From positions 3,269,848 to 3,333,847 of the forward strand of contig OZ218961.1 of assembly GCA_965112735.1 (NCBI GenBank): a stretch of DNA of 64,000 nucleotides. Reading direction: 5' to 3'. Shown here piece by piece: positions 35,392 to 47,775 of the stretch (positions within the stretch are counted from its first letter, which is position 1; each line of letters begins with the position of its first letter). The notes under the pieces were generated by a model. The model ran no database searches. It worked only from the letters and a program-made list of their open reading frames with translations, and was not told the DNA's origin. The position numbers and the translations under genes were made by a program. This DNA is from Phaeosaccion multiseriatum (lineage: Eukaryota > Protista > Ochrophyta, other classes).

Positions 35392-38172
35392 CTCTCTCTC
35401 TCTGTGTCTCCCTCTCCCTCTCTACATACATCTGTCCATCCCCATGGCAGGGAGCCTCTGAGATCGACAAGGTGCTTCATGGCGACACCAGGGTGGACAA
35501 GTTCCTAGAGGCCATGGCCAAGCTCGCGGAGACGGAGGACTGGACGAGCAAGTTCGATCGGCCCCGCATGGCGCCTGAGGCGGTAAGTGCGAGCGTGGGT
35601 ACTGTACGAGAGGAGTAGGAATCCAAAGAATACATAGGCATCCATAGGCATCCATCCTGTTTGGAAGAGCTCATGCTGCCTAAGGGAAGCGAAAGAGTAT
35701 TGTATCCGCGACCCGCTGAACGAACACAATCGCTTCTTGTGCCCCCTTCCCCTGCGTGGTATGCTTTGGTTAGGTGAACGGCAAGCTTTGCTGTCTCTAC
35801 ACGCAGGCCAAGCTTAACAGCGATTATTGGGAGATGCTCGGCAAGGAGGGAGGGCCCGATTACCCCCCCTGGGCTCTGGAGGAGGCACGGGCCGCAATCG
35901 AGCGCGCTCGCCAGAAGCAAGAGAGCGAGGAGATGAAGGAGAAGGAGGAGAAGGAGGTGGAGGAGGACGGGGAGGGAGGGGCGGAGGGGGAGGTGGAGGT
36001 GGACAAGGGTGGAGAGGAGAGCGAGGAGGGCTGCCTCGGCACGTCGCTGGCAGAGGACCCGGAGGTGGCGGAGCTCCTGCAGCAGTTGGTGATACAGGAG
36101 CGGCCCGAGTCAGACGCTACCCTGCCGGCAGATGGGCCCACGGGCGAGGCGCGGGAGCAGGAGCAGGAGCAGCAGCAGCAGGAGATGGTGATACAGGAGC
36201 AGGAGGCGCCGAGCCAGAGCTTCGACATCTCTCGAATGAAGCTGGACGCAGGCAGGGCTGAACATGGGCCTGGCTTGCATGGGCCTGGGCCACGCTCTTG
36301 TGCAGGATCAGATATGTCTCAGCTGTCTCAAACGTCGCAACTGTCGAGAGTGTCGCGCCTCACGGGCAAGAGCGCCATCACCAAGCGGCTGCAGAGAGAA
36401 AGGAGGAAGGAGAGGGAGCGGAGACAAGAGCAGGAGAGGGCCAACGCACCCACCGAGGCCTCGCTGCTAGGGGAGGCGGCGGGGGCGGGGGGCAGTTCCA
36501 CGGGCATAGTGGAGCTGAACAAGAGGATACAGGCGGTGAAGGACAAGCAGGACAAAGGCGGCCTCACAATCAAGTACCGCAAGCAGACACCAACTGTGAG
36601 GAGGGCCAGGTGGATGCCCAGGGACCCCGGCATACTCGAGGAGCTGGAGAGGGAGCGCTTCATACGGGAGAGCGAGGCCATGGAGGAGATAGGGGGGGGT
36701 GTGGGGCAGAGGCAGGGGCAGGGGCTCACGGTCGGCATCAGCGTCAGCGGGGGAGTGCCCTCCTCCGCTCGTGGCAGGCCCGGCGGGGCAAACGACGCGG
36801 AGAGGGGTGATGTGGAGGCGTGGGCGAGGCAGCAGCAGCAGTTGGTGATACAGCAGCCCCCCCTGGGCAACAACGACGCCTCACAAGACCTGCCCTCCGA
36901 CCGGCGCACAACGCTGGGCGACTCAGTGACGCGGGCCTCTACAGTTGGCTCGGGCACGGGCAGAGACTCGCGCAGAGAGAGACGCCTCCCTTCAATGAGG
37001 GCTCGGAGCCCCTCTTCGCCTTTGCAGCACCGCCCCAGCAGCTGCGGCGAGCAAGAAGAGCAAGGGCAGGGCCACGGCCTCTCGCAGAGTGCGTCCATGC
37101 CCAACTTGGGCAGCTCGGTTGGGGGACCCAAGCGTGTGGGGCAGAAGAGCGTGGCTCAGACCATCCGTGGGCTTGACCGGAGGGGCGTTAATCCTCATAA
37201 CGTGCTGGGCAAGGCCTGCGCCGCCTCCAATGCGGTCAACGCCTTGCCGCAGGACGAGCTCTTCCTCAAGGCTCGACTTTTAATCTCGGGCATGAAGAAG
37301 AAGAACACCGTGGACCACACCTGGGACATTCTCGACAACACCAAGGGCTTCACCGAAAAGATGAAGGAGGTGAGGCCTTCGGAGGAGGGGGAGAGATGCA
37401 TGGGGGAGTGGGATGGGGTTGACGTGTGGGGTGCTCCGCTCCACTCAGGCCAAGAGCGAAGGTGTTCCTTTGTCTCCCTCCTCCCCTTTGCCACCCGCCA
37501 CCCCACTTTTGCTTAACCCTAACCCTTTTGCTTAACCCCTTTGCCACCCCGCTTTTGCTTAACCCTAACCCTTTTGCTTAACCTTCCCTAACCCTTTTGC
37601 TTAACCCTACCCTTTTGCTTAACCCTAACCCTTTTGCTTAACCTTCCCCTAACCCTTTTGCTTAACCCTACCCTTTTGCTTAACCCTAACCCTTGCCCGA
37701 GCTTGGCCCTGACCTGTTCCCTCGACCTCTAATTTGCTTGTACCACATGCGCTGTGTTGACTCGGCAGGAGGACTGCTGGACCACTGAGGCCACTCGAAG
37801 CCTGGGAGTGGCCAACACGCAAGTGTTCGACGAGGAGCGCAGGTGCAACCCCCTGCTGCCCGAGTACTGCATCAAGCAGAGCGACGCAAGGAAGTGGGGG
37901 GAGGAGGCCATCAAGTGCAAGGTACGTGTGTGACTGAGTGAGTGAGTGAGTGAGTGAGTGTATGTCTGTGTATTTGTGTGTGCGGATGAACAATGACATG
38001 AACACTTTCGAAGAGCATCCGCTGGGGGGGGGGGCGGGGGAAGCCTTGCGTGTTGGTCCTCTGCCTCAGCTGTGACTCACAGACACGTTGCTGCTCTGCC
38101 ATTTGTTGCCGCTGTGCTCAGGTGCCGCTCTATGTCAGTGGCAGCATGCGCATCAAGCCCGGGAAAACGTAG
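34666..38172 (+). CDS. Hypothetical protein, about 7 exons, with a large disordered/coiled-coil exon (35774-37368)
   Basis: Chain of short exons with canonical donors (GTAAGT, GTGCGT, GTGAGG, GTACGT) joining the 580-aa ORF; ends CKVPLYVSGSMRIKPGKT*. No family recognised. Confidence 0.65.
37513..37692 (+). repeat. Intronic telomere-like minisatellite (AACCCTAACCCTTTTGCTT)n
   Basis: About 8 variant units of 18-20 bp, each containing CCCTAA or AACCCT. Confidence 0.9.
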
Positions 38173-38500
38173 TTAGGCAAGAGCATATGGAAAGCATGTA
38201 GCGGCAGCGCTGTCAAGGAGAGGGGTGAGGGGCCACTGGGAAGGGGAGGGGAGGGGAACTTCATTGACTTAATAGGAGGGGAGGGGAGGGACGAATGTGA
38301 GGCATCGCAGCGGAGTAGTCGGCCGTGCGTCTTGTCTATTCTGCACTTGTCTGCGATCGTTCTCTTCTACCTCCTCTCGGGTTTCTCCAAGTTCTCCGAT
38401 GGCTCTCCGATGGTTCTCTTCTCTTCAAGCCCCCCTTTTCCTAAGAAAGGAAAATGAGTACACGATCTATTAGTTTGAGTTTCACCTGGTCACTTCGTAG

Positions 38501-41500
38501 TTAGTAAGCCTGTGGAGCCCTCTCTTGTCCGCCGCGAGTCCCGTCTTTGGCCGCGGACTTGGGCCTCCCCCCCCTCCCCCCCCCACTGCGCTGCTCTGTG
38601 GAGGGCGGTCGGTACTCCTCCAGACGAGAGGCCAACGCCAGAGCCGCAGAAGAGGGGTTAGGGTTAGGGTTAGGTGCGTTGGAAGGGTGTGACGAGCGGG
38701 TCTCCCCCCTGCTGCTGCCCCTGCTGCTGCCCCTGCTGCTGCCCCTGCTGTTCGCGCTGCTGCTCCTGCTGCCGCTCCTGCTGCCGCTCCTGCTGCCACT
38801 CCTGCCAGCCGAAGAGCCTGCCACCCTGCCGCTGCTTCTATTGCTGCCCGCGCTAAGGCCTCGCCCTGCTGTCCCTGTATCACCAACTGATGCCCCTCCT
38901 GCCTGTATGTCGTCCTGCTCGTCCTCCGCCTCTAGCTCGAAGTCGTCACTGCCGTAGTCGCTACCGTAATCGTCGTCTCCGCCCCCTCTACTTCCACTGC
39001 CATCCCTGCTTCCTGCACTGCTCACACTCAGGCGGGCCGTGCTCGGCGTGCGAATGGGGGGGAACTTGGGAGGCACTCCGATGGCGGCCTCTTGCGCTGT
39101 ATCACCAACTGCCCCCCCTGCCCCTCCAACTGCCGCCACCTCCGCCGCCGCTACTGCTGCCGCAGCAGAAGAACCCCCCCCCTCGGGTCTTCGGGGGCTG
39201 TGGGCGGCGGTAAGGGCGGCGGCGGCGGCGGCGGCGGCGGAGGAGGAGGACCTCCTGCGAGGGCTTGGACTGGACTGTATTGGACTGTCCGTCCCCCCCG
39301 TGGAGGGCCCCCTCGGGGAGAGATCGACGCCCCCCTCTTGTTCCTCGCTGCTGCCGCTTCTGCTCGTCGCGCTCTTGCTCTTCCTCTTGCGCTTGCTGGC
39401 GGTGCTGCTGCCCCCGGGGGAGGCGATGGAGTGCCGTCTGCTGCCTTCCCCATCCCTGGGGGTGGAGCTCCCTCCCCCCATGCAAAGCCCTTGGCCTGCC
39501 TTGAGCTGCTGCACCTCTCGGTACCTCTGCGCTGCTAGACCGCTCTCAAGCTCTGCGTGTTCGTCCTGCAGATCCGTCCAGCGGTCCGTGAGCCTCACGT
39601 ACGACTCCTGCAGGGCCTCGAGGTCCTCGGTCTTATCCACGAGCATGCCGTACAGCTCCTCTTCATTGAACCTGTGTGTCCAGGCATACGGGCAGCGAGA
39701 GAGGAAGTGAGGGGGGGGTGGGGGGAGGGAGAGAGAGAGAGAGGGTGGCAACGCATGGCAGGCAGGTCGACAGGTAAGGCAGACAGACAAGCAAGCAGGC
39801 AGGCAGGCAGGTAGAAAGGCAAAGCAGGCGCAAGGCTTAGCAAGTAAGAATGGCGTGGTGCGTGCGTGTCCCCCCCCCCTGACCTGGCGAGGTCTCTCTC
39901 CTCCGTGAGGACGTGTATGGTGCTCTCCATCTCGTCCCTTTCCCTTCCCTGCTCCACTCCAAACTGCTCCAATCCGCCCACCCTTCGCTTTGCCGCCTCT
40001 GCCTCCTCTCGACTGCGCTCAAGCTCCAAGCTCACGCGTTGGTGCTCCAGCCGAGAGCGCTCCTCCTCTGCTTGCAGGTGCAGCAGAGAGGCCTGCCAAG
40101 CCCCGAGGGGAGAGAGGGAGGGAGGGAAGGAGGGAGCATGTCGAGGGTTGAGACAGATGAATGCGTGAGCGCAAACAAGAGCCACAGATGGCGATCGGGA
40201 GTTAGGATTCACAGATGGCGATCGGGAGTTAGGGTTCCGTCTCTCAGCAAAGCCTCTCTCGCTCCTTCGAGCAGCATGCACACACAGATACGCCCCTCCC
40301 ACCAACGCGCACCCATCCACGCACGCACGCACACACACACGCACGCACCCACCCACCCACCTGTATGCGCATGTTGTCGTCCTCCATGTCCCTGAGCCTT
40401 GCCTGCAGCGCGGCCTCCCTCTCCTCCAGTTGCCTCTTGTCGTCCTCTGCGCGAGTGAGGCGCTTCTCGAGTCCCTCCAGGTGGTCCGACAGCTTGGCGT
40501 GCCTCCTACGGTCCGTGAGGGAGGCCCTGAGCGCGTTGAGCTCCACCCTCCCCTGCAGGGCACTCACGGCGCGGCACATGCTAGCCAGGAGGGCGGACAA
40601 GTCCAGGCAGGGCCGTCTCCAGGGGGGCACGGGAAGTTCCGACGACGGCGGCTCGGAGCCTCTCCTCCTCGGCGGCCTCAGTACAGTGGCGAGGAGCTTG
40701 AAGGGCAGGAGGGGAGTCGAGACTGGAGAGAAGCACAGCCGCGCGAAGCCTGCCCCGCCGATGACGTCATTAGTGACGTCAGCAGAGAGGGCGATGGGCG
40801 GCCCCCCAAGCCTGCCCGTGCCCCTCGCCTGCCACGTGTCGGAAGAAGCGGCCCGAGTCTCCAGAGTGAAGGTGAAGGCCTGTCCCGCCCCTGCCTGTCC
40901 CGCCCCTGCCTGTCCCGCCCCTGCCTGTCCCGCCCCTGCCTCCCCCCCCTCCAATGCCGGCAGCCCTGCGGCGATGGCGAGAAGCTGCAGAAAGCGGTTG
41001 GTCTGTCCTGCCTCCTGTCCACTCACGATGTTGCTTCCCTTAGCGGGCGGCTCCTCCAGCCCCAAACGGGCCTGCACCGCCTCCACCATGTCCTCCATGA
41101 GGCCCAGTCTCTCGCTCTTGCCCTTGAGCCCGCCCCACTCCCGCCGCCCCTGTAGCACAGCCTTGCCGAAGGAGGAGGGAGACGCGGCCTCCACCCTCGT
41201 GAATATGTCGAACATGAACTTGACGGGAGGCTTGGTCAGGAGCTTGGTGGGGGGCGTAGTCCTGAGCAGCGCTTTCCACTCGAATACTTTCCCCAGGGCT
41301 TCCGCCGTGCGCCCCGTGTCAGAGTCTGCCTCCGCCACTGCGTCCGCCACCGCTGTCCTCGCTGCTGCTGATTCTCCTCCTTCTTCTGATCCTCCTCCTC
41401 CTCCTCCTCCTCCTCCTCCTCCTCCTCCTCCTCCTCCTCCTCCTCCTCCTCCTCCTCCTCCTCCTCCTCCTCCTCCTCCTCCTCCTCCTCCTCCTCCTCC

Positions 41501-41978
41501 TCCTCCTCCTCCTCCTCCTCCTCCTCCTCCTCCTCCTCCTCCTCCTGCTCCTCCTCCTCCTCCTCCTCCTCCTCCTCCTCCTCCTCCTCCTCCTCCTCCT
41601 CCTCCTCCTCCTCCTCCTCCTCCTCCTCCTCCTCCTCCTCCTCCTCCTCCTCCTCCTCCTCCTCCCTCTTGCTCTCCTTCTTGCTGGGACCTATCTACAG
41701 CGCTCTCCACCCCCACCGCTCGTACCCCCTGGAGTCTGTCCCCCGGGAGTCCCCCTCCCAGGGCCGCTACATCGACCTCGATCCACGCCACACCCTCCCC
41801 CGGGGCCCCCTCCCCCGGGGGCGTCCCCGGCACCGTCCATACGCCCTCCTCTGTGCAGGAGCAGCGCTCCTTCACGCCATCTGTGACTGTCACGGCCACG
41901 GATTCGAGAGCGCCTTCCTGCGGCGCAGAGACAGAGGCACAGACAGAGCTTCCCTCCCCCTCCCCCCCCCCCTCTCCT

Positions 41979-42017
<39 letters not shown>

Positions 42018-44772
42018 AGGAGAAGCGCTCGAATGCCCTCCGTGGCGTGGCGCAGAGCAGCCATGGCGGCGTCCCTTCTCTCCCCAAGGGCCTGCTCCTC
42101 CTCTCCCCCGCCCCCCTCTTCCCCTAACCCTACCCCACCGCCCCCTTCCTCGGCCCCCAAGCCTGTCGTGGCCTCTTCCATGAGCCTCTGCGCGGCTTGC
42201 GTGAGGCCCCTCCACCCGTCCTTCTCCTCCCCCCCGGCCCTCTCCTGCAAGTCCTTCCTTTTGTCGTGCACCTGCCTAAGTAACATCATCACCGCCCTCC
42301 CCGCCTCATCGAGCCTCTGCTGCTGTGGGACGGAGGAGCCTTCCCCACCCCCCTTGGAGGCCTCTGAGGCCTCTCCTTCATCTGCTGCCATCTCCCCCTC
42401 CCCGGTCTGTTGCTTGGGCATGCCCGCTAGGAAGGCCCTGATGGTCCCCTCCAGGCTGGAGTAAGCGCCCCCCTCATCGAAGAGCTCCGCCCTGGTGCTC
42501 TGTAGCTTTAAATGACTCACGCTCAGCGACTCTAACCGGGCCTGGAGCTGCCGCAGTAGAGACGCATCGTACTCGCCGCTTTGGGCAGGGGCAGGGGCAG
42601 CGGCAGCGGCAGTAGTTGGTGATACAGCAGCGCCTCCGCAGAGCCCCTCCACGTCGGCCACGAGGGCATTGCGGTATACAGAGAGCACAGTGGCCTCCTG
42701 CCCCGCCCTCTGCTCCAGGCACCGCAGTTGGTCATACAGCCCCAGCCATTGCGGACCAGGCAGGCCCTCTCCCGCTCCTATCGCCTCCCCCACTGCCTCC
42801 CCCACCTCGCGCACAGACAGCTCGAGGTCTCCCTTCTCCTCGAGGGCCTGCCAGCGTCTGTCCCTCTCGCGCTGTACCCGTTGGGCCTCCTCCTGGAGCT
42901 TCTTCTGCAGCTGGCGGCGCTCCTGCTCGTGAGCGCTGGACTGCCTGGCCCTGTCCTCCCAACTCATCTTCATTTGCCGCTCCATGTCCTGCAGGGCCTT
43001 TGCCTGGGTCTCGTAGCGCACTTCCTCGGCAGAGGGCGCCATACCCGAGCCTGAGCTGCCGCCGCCCTCCCCGCCCTGAGAGAAAGGAGAGAGACGGGGA
43101 TGGACAAGCAGCAGTTGGTGATACAGCACAGGGAGAAACGCGATATCGCTTGGGGCCTCAAATCATTCCCATCATTCGGAAGCCAGACCCCCCCCTCCCC
43201 ACTGGGGACACCCCACCCCCTGGGGATGTAAGCCCACCTCGGAATGAAGGCCCACTTACCTGGTGCGCCGCGGCGAGCTTCTCCTTGAGCATGCGGATCT
43301 CTTCATTCAGTCTGTCACAGATGGCAGAACAGGGATGGCAGCCGAAGAATGCAGCAGAAGAAGCAGAGGGAGCGAGTGGTTGAGGCAGGCAGCAGGCAGG
43401 TAGGTCCTCCTCCCTCTTCATTTCATCCTCAGTGCAACCCCCCCCCCCCCCTTCCGTGAGACTGACTGACTGACTGACTGACTGACTGACTGACTGACTG
43501 ACTGACTGACTGACTGACCTGCCCACTGCGCTAGCCTCCTCGTTCTTGACGGCGTTGACCTTGATGGTCTTTGCCCTCGAAGCGTACTTGAGCGTGGACA
43601 GCGTCTCGTCGAAGTTGCACGCAGCAGGGGACAGCGCCGCCAGCATGGCTGCATTTGGCAAGGGCCAGGCAGATGCACAGCAACGCAGCGCAACACGCCG
43701 CACCAAGAGGGGCAACTCTGAGTGACGTCATGCATCACATATGCAGTCACCATAGCACCACATCTGCTACCCCACCTTACCTGTGAGCGAGTTGCCCCCT
43801 AGGGACTCCTGCAGCACCCTCGTGAGCTTCGAATTGCGGTACGGCACAAACACGTTCTTCTTGCCCTTGCCCACCTGGGATACGCGACCACACGCACACG
43901 CACGCACACGCACGCACATAGACACACAAGCACACGCGCACGAGCAAGGGTTTTGGCGGATGGGCGGGCAGGAAGGTTGGGAGACAGGCAGGCAGATAGG
44001 CAGTCAGGCAGGCATACGGGTAAGCAAGACTCTGTTGAGCTGTACGCTTCGCCTTACGCCTTACACACACCTCCACGAGCGCGTTGATGACGTTTCCAAG
44101 TGCTGAGAGCGACTGATTGATGTTGGATCCCTCCTTCAGACGCGCCCCCGACGCCCCCGTGCTCTTTTGCCGCTCGCTGCCGGCCAGATCCACCAAGTTG
44201 ACCTGCGTTGGAAGTCAATGGACTGCTTTAGTGGGCAGACCTCGCCACAGCCGCCCAGAGGGCGTTGGGAAGCTATCAAGCCTCCGGAAGAGCAGAGCCG
44301 GCTGACAAGCGGGTCACCAAGCATACCGCATCAGCTGCCATCCTCTATCTTCCCCTGCCCTTCACCTTGGCGAAGGTGGCCTTGGTCTCGTCCCCCTGCG
44401 AGTCCTTCTGGTGCAGCTTGATGGTGAAGACGGAGTGGCTGCGGCTGCTGGAGCTGTTCATCTTGGTGCTGCCCACGGTGCGGCTTGCCATGCCCTGGTC
44501 GATGAGAGAGTGCATCTTCTCGGGGCCGTCCACTACCATCTCGTGCAGGCCCTTCACGTAGATGCCCAGCGCGGGGTGCTCTCTGGACCAGGGGTAGAGT
44601 CAGGGTCAGAGGGAGGGAGGGAGAAGGAATGGTTCGTTTGAGCGACAATGGCGTCAGCTGCGGTGGAGGTAGAGCAAAGAAAAACTGAGGCTAGGGGGAG
44701 GAGTCACTCCACGCACTAACAAGCGGGTAGCCCCACCTCCCTCTCCGGACCGACGGGCACGCACATACGCGC

Positions 44773-44812
<40 letters not shown>

Positions 44813-45781
44813 GATATCGAGGCCGTGCCCCTTCTTCTTGCGATTGTCGGGGTCAAGCAAATCGTACACCACCTCGTTGTAAATCTCGAAGTAGGAGCAC
44901 GTCACCTGCCAGGGAGGAGAGACAGCGTCAGAAGGCGAGGGGAGAGTCAGGGCAGACAGGCAGGCGGGCGGGCAGGACCGGACAGCCGCCGCATCCCCCT
45001 CGTGTAGGTCTCGACTACCAGACGACCAACACACGTACCAGGAACATGGTGGTGGGGCTGTCGGCCTTTTCCTTCGTAATCCGCTTGAATAGGTCCCTGA
45101 GGGGGGAGGGAGACACGTCAGCATGGAGGGGATGGAGGGAATGGACGCGCGTGGACTGGGCATGAAGACTGCGGCCCTCACGTACGTATCACGTACGTGT
45201 TCATGCGGGGGATGATGCCCGCCAGGTCGTCGCTGCTCGGGTCTCCCTGCATGCTCCACGTCTTACCGCTGCCAGTCTGCCCGTACGCGAAGATGGTGCA
45301 GTTGTAGCCTGCAGGCAAAGGCACGAGGCACGGCGGGTTCACGGTGATGTATACCAACGGGGAGGGGGTATTAGTTCACACAGTAGAACAGCAGACAGGC
45401 CTCGAAGGGCCGTTGCTGGAGGGAGTGAGGCGCACCTGCGAAGGCCTTGTCGAGAGCAGGCACCCCCACATCTGTCCACAGCTCCTCCTGAGCTGTTTCC
45501 GGGCTGTAAATGAGGTCAAAGCTGAAGCGATGGATCTGCAGCCAAGAAGCAAACGGACGAGGACAGCGGCATGTCAGGCCAAGGCAAGAGGCAGGACTAC
45601 TGGAGATGTCAGGACCTACCTCTCCCGCTCTACTGGGGTCTTCAATGGTGATAGCGCTGTCCTGAAAGCTGACGCAGCTCTTCTCTTGATCGCGCTTCTC
45701 CTTGCTGTTCTGCGGGCGGCACCGCACGGCCACTTTGATATTTGTGGTGTCATCGTGAGTGTCCTCCTCTGGTCCCGCCAT
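38501..45781 (-). CDS. Kinesin (N-terminal motor, kinesin-3-like) with coiled coils, a poly-Gly tract and an IFT54/TRAF3IP1-type CH domain; multi-exon
   Basis: [102 protein letters not shown]. Tail exons about 43077-40361, 40094-39883 and 39671-38501. Confidence 0.9.
41391..41663 (+). repeat. (CCT)n trinucleotide repeat, about 91 units with one GCT interruption; reads as poly-Gly in the kinesin exon
   Basis: Seen directly; lies inside the open minus-strand frame 40244-43129. Confidence 0.95.
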
Positions 45782-46127
45782 CTTGCCTCTTCTCGCACCA
45801 ACAGCAGAAGGTGCGGGAGCTCAAGGCCCCTTTCGATTACTCGCACTCCGGGCCACCTTTGTTGCAGCCAGCCAGGGGAAAAAAAGTAACGTTCACCTTT
45901 ACTTTTAGGCAGGATGGCACTCCACCGCCAATCTGCCACACTGCGACTATCGTGCATCGTGCATGGTACGCCGGCGTGTCCCCTTTACACATCCCCTTGA
46001 GGAAACAGAAGTAGAGAAACAAAAGCAGGCAAAGAGCAGGCAACGGCAGGAAGGAACGACTGGAATTGATTTCCTTCCAGTCCTGTGTACCGCACCGCCT
46101 GAAGAAGACCTATGCTCTTCTCCCAGG

Positions 46128-47737
46128 ATGGAGACCAACCCGCCAGTGGCCGTGTCTCCGCATCATCGCCCGCCGACGAAGAAGAGGAGGAGAGAAGAGT
46201 GGAATGAGGAGGCGGGAGAGCAGAAGGAGGAGGTGGAGGTGGATGCAGAGGGCTCCGGGGACGACTCCTCCGGGTCTGTTGGAGGGGGGCTGGGGGGAGG
46301 GATTCCACGGCACGGCCTGCTTCACGCCACGGACGGGTTCCGCAGCAGCGACGGCGAAAACGCTACGGAGGAGTACAGCAATGGCGATGACGACAACAAT
46401 GGGAAAGAAGACTCTGTCGCGGGGGGAGGAAATTTTGGTTCAGGCGTGGTGTGTAGCGCACAAAACTGTCAGAGGCCTGCCTTTGCGAGCAGGAGCGGCT
46501 TCTTCGTCTGCAAACGCCATGATGATCTTAGGTGGGGTAGTGGTGGAGGTGGAGGACTTTGTGGTGGATGTAGATGTGGATGTGTGTTGTGTGTGTAGTG
46601 CTGTGAAGAGGCACCAGCGCGGCAACACAGCATTTCTAGCTGTTCGCCCCCCTCCTGCCCTATCCTGCTTCCTTCTTACATATCCGACGGCGCTTGATGG
46701 TCACTCTCATTCCCCTGCAGGTGCTCGATCAGGCTCTGTCGCAGGAAGGTGTACCCCGTGAGCTTCCAATGTGACACACACCTCGATGCCTCCACTAGGG
46801 CGGTGTGCCCCACGCATTTCGCGGAGGGCGGCGAGGAGGGAACGGAGCAGAAGGAAGGGGAGGAAGGGGAGGAGGAGGAGGGAGAGGAGGAGAAGGAGGA
46901 AGAGGAGGAGGAGGTGGAGGAGGGGGGGGACGACGACCAGGGGGAGAGCAGCGTCGGCGGCAGGGAGAAGGGGAAGGCACGAGAGGGGCGGGAGAGGGAC
47001 AAGAGCCGCTGTCGCTCCTCGCGTTCCCAAGAGGAAGTATTCCGCGCACACCTGCAGAGCGAGGCGCTGATCACGCGCTGCCTGCACTGGAGCTGCTACA
47101 ACGCGAGGTTCGGCGGAGGTGAGCAGGGGGCCAAAAGGAGGCCAATGTCCATGTCGACATCAGACACCGACATCGATGTCGAGGCGTGCTGCATGTCCGG
47201 CCCAACACTGGCCTGGCCCCGAGCGCTGCCCCGCGGTAACAAGGTCCTTGCCCCTCCCCCTCCCCGTCCACTGCCACCCTCCCTCCCCCCCACAGGCCAG
47301 TACTGCCACAGCTGCGACAAGAAGCCCAAGTGCTCCTTCTCGGGTTGCAAGAACTGCTGCCTGCCCGGGCAGAGCCTCTGCGAGGACCACCTTCAGGCAG
47401 AGGCAGGGGAGGTGCAGGTGCGGCCTCCGACTCGGTCTCTGCGGAATGGCGAGGCGGCCTCTGTACAACGGCAGGCCCAGCAGCTCCCAGCAGCCAGCGT
47501 GAGAGAGAGCGTGAGAGAGAGGGGCAGGGACGGCCGCTGCCTTCACGAAGCTTGCGACAAGAACAAATGGCGCCACGGGTATTGTGTGGGGCACAATCCC
47601 GTGTGCTCCATCAGCAGATGCAACAAGGCGAGTGTGGGCAAGGGCCGCTGCGCCGATCACCCCATCCAAAACAAGCAGAGCCAAAGCCAAGCCAAACGGA
47701 ACGCACCCCGCGATGGCAAACAGCCCGAGTCCCACCC

Positions 47738-47775
<38 letters not shown>

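Noticed and set aside
40365-42464. 699-aa plus-strand poly-Pro (formin- or extensin-like) ORF
   Set aside because: Antisense shadow of the kinesin tail exon; there is no FH2 domain and the minus frame holds the recognisable domain.
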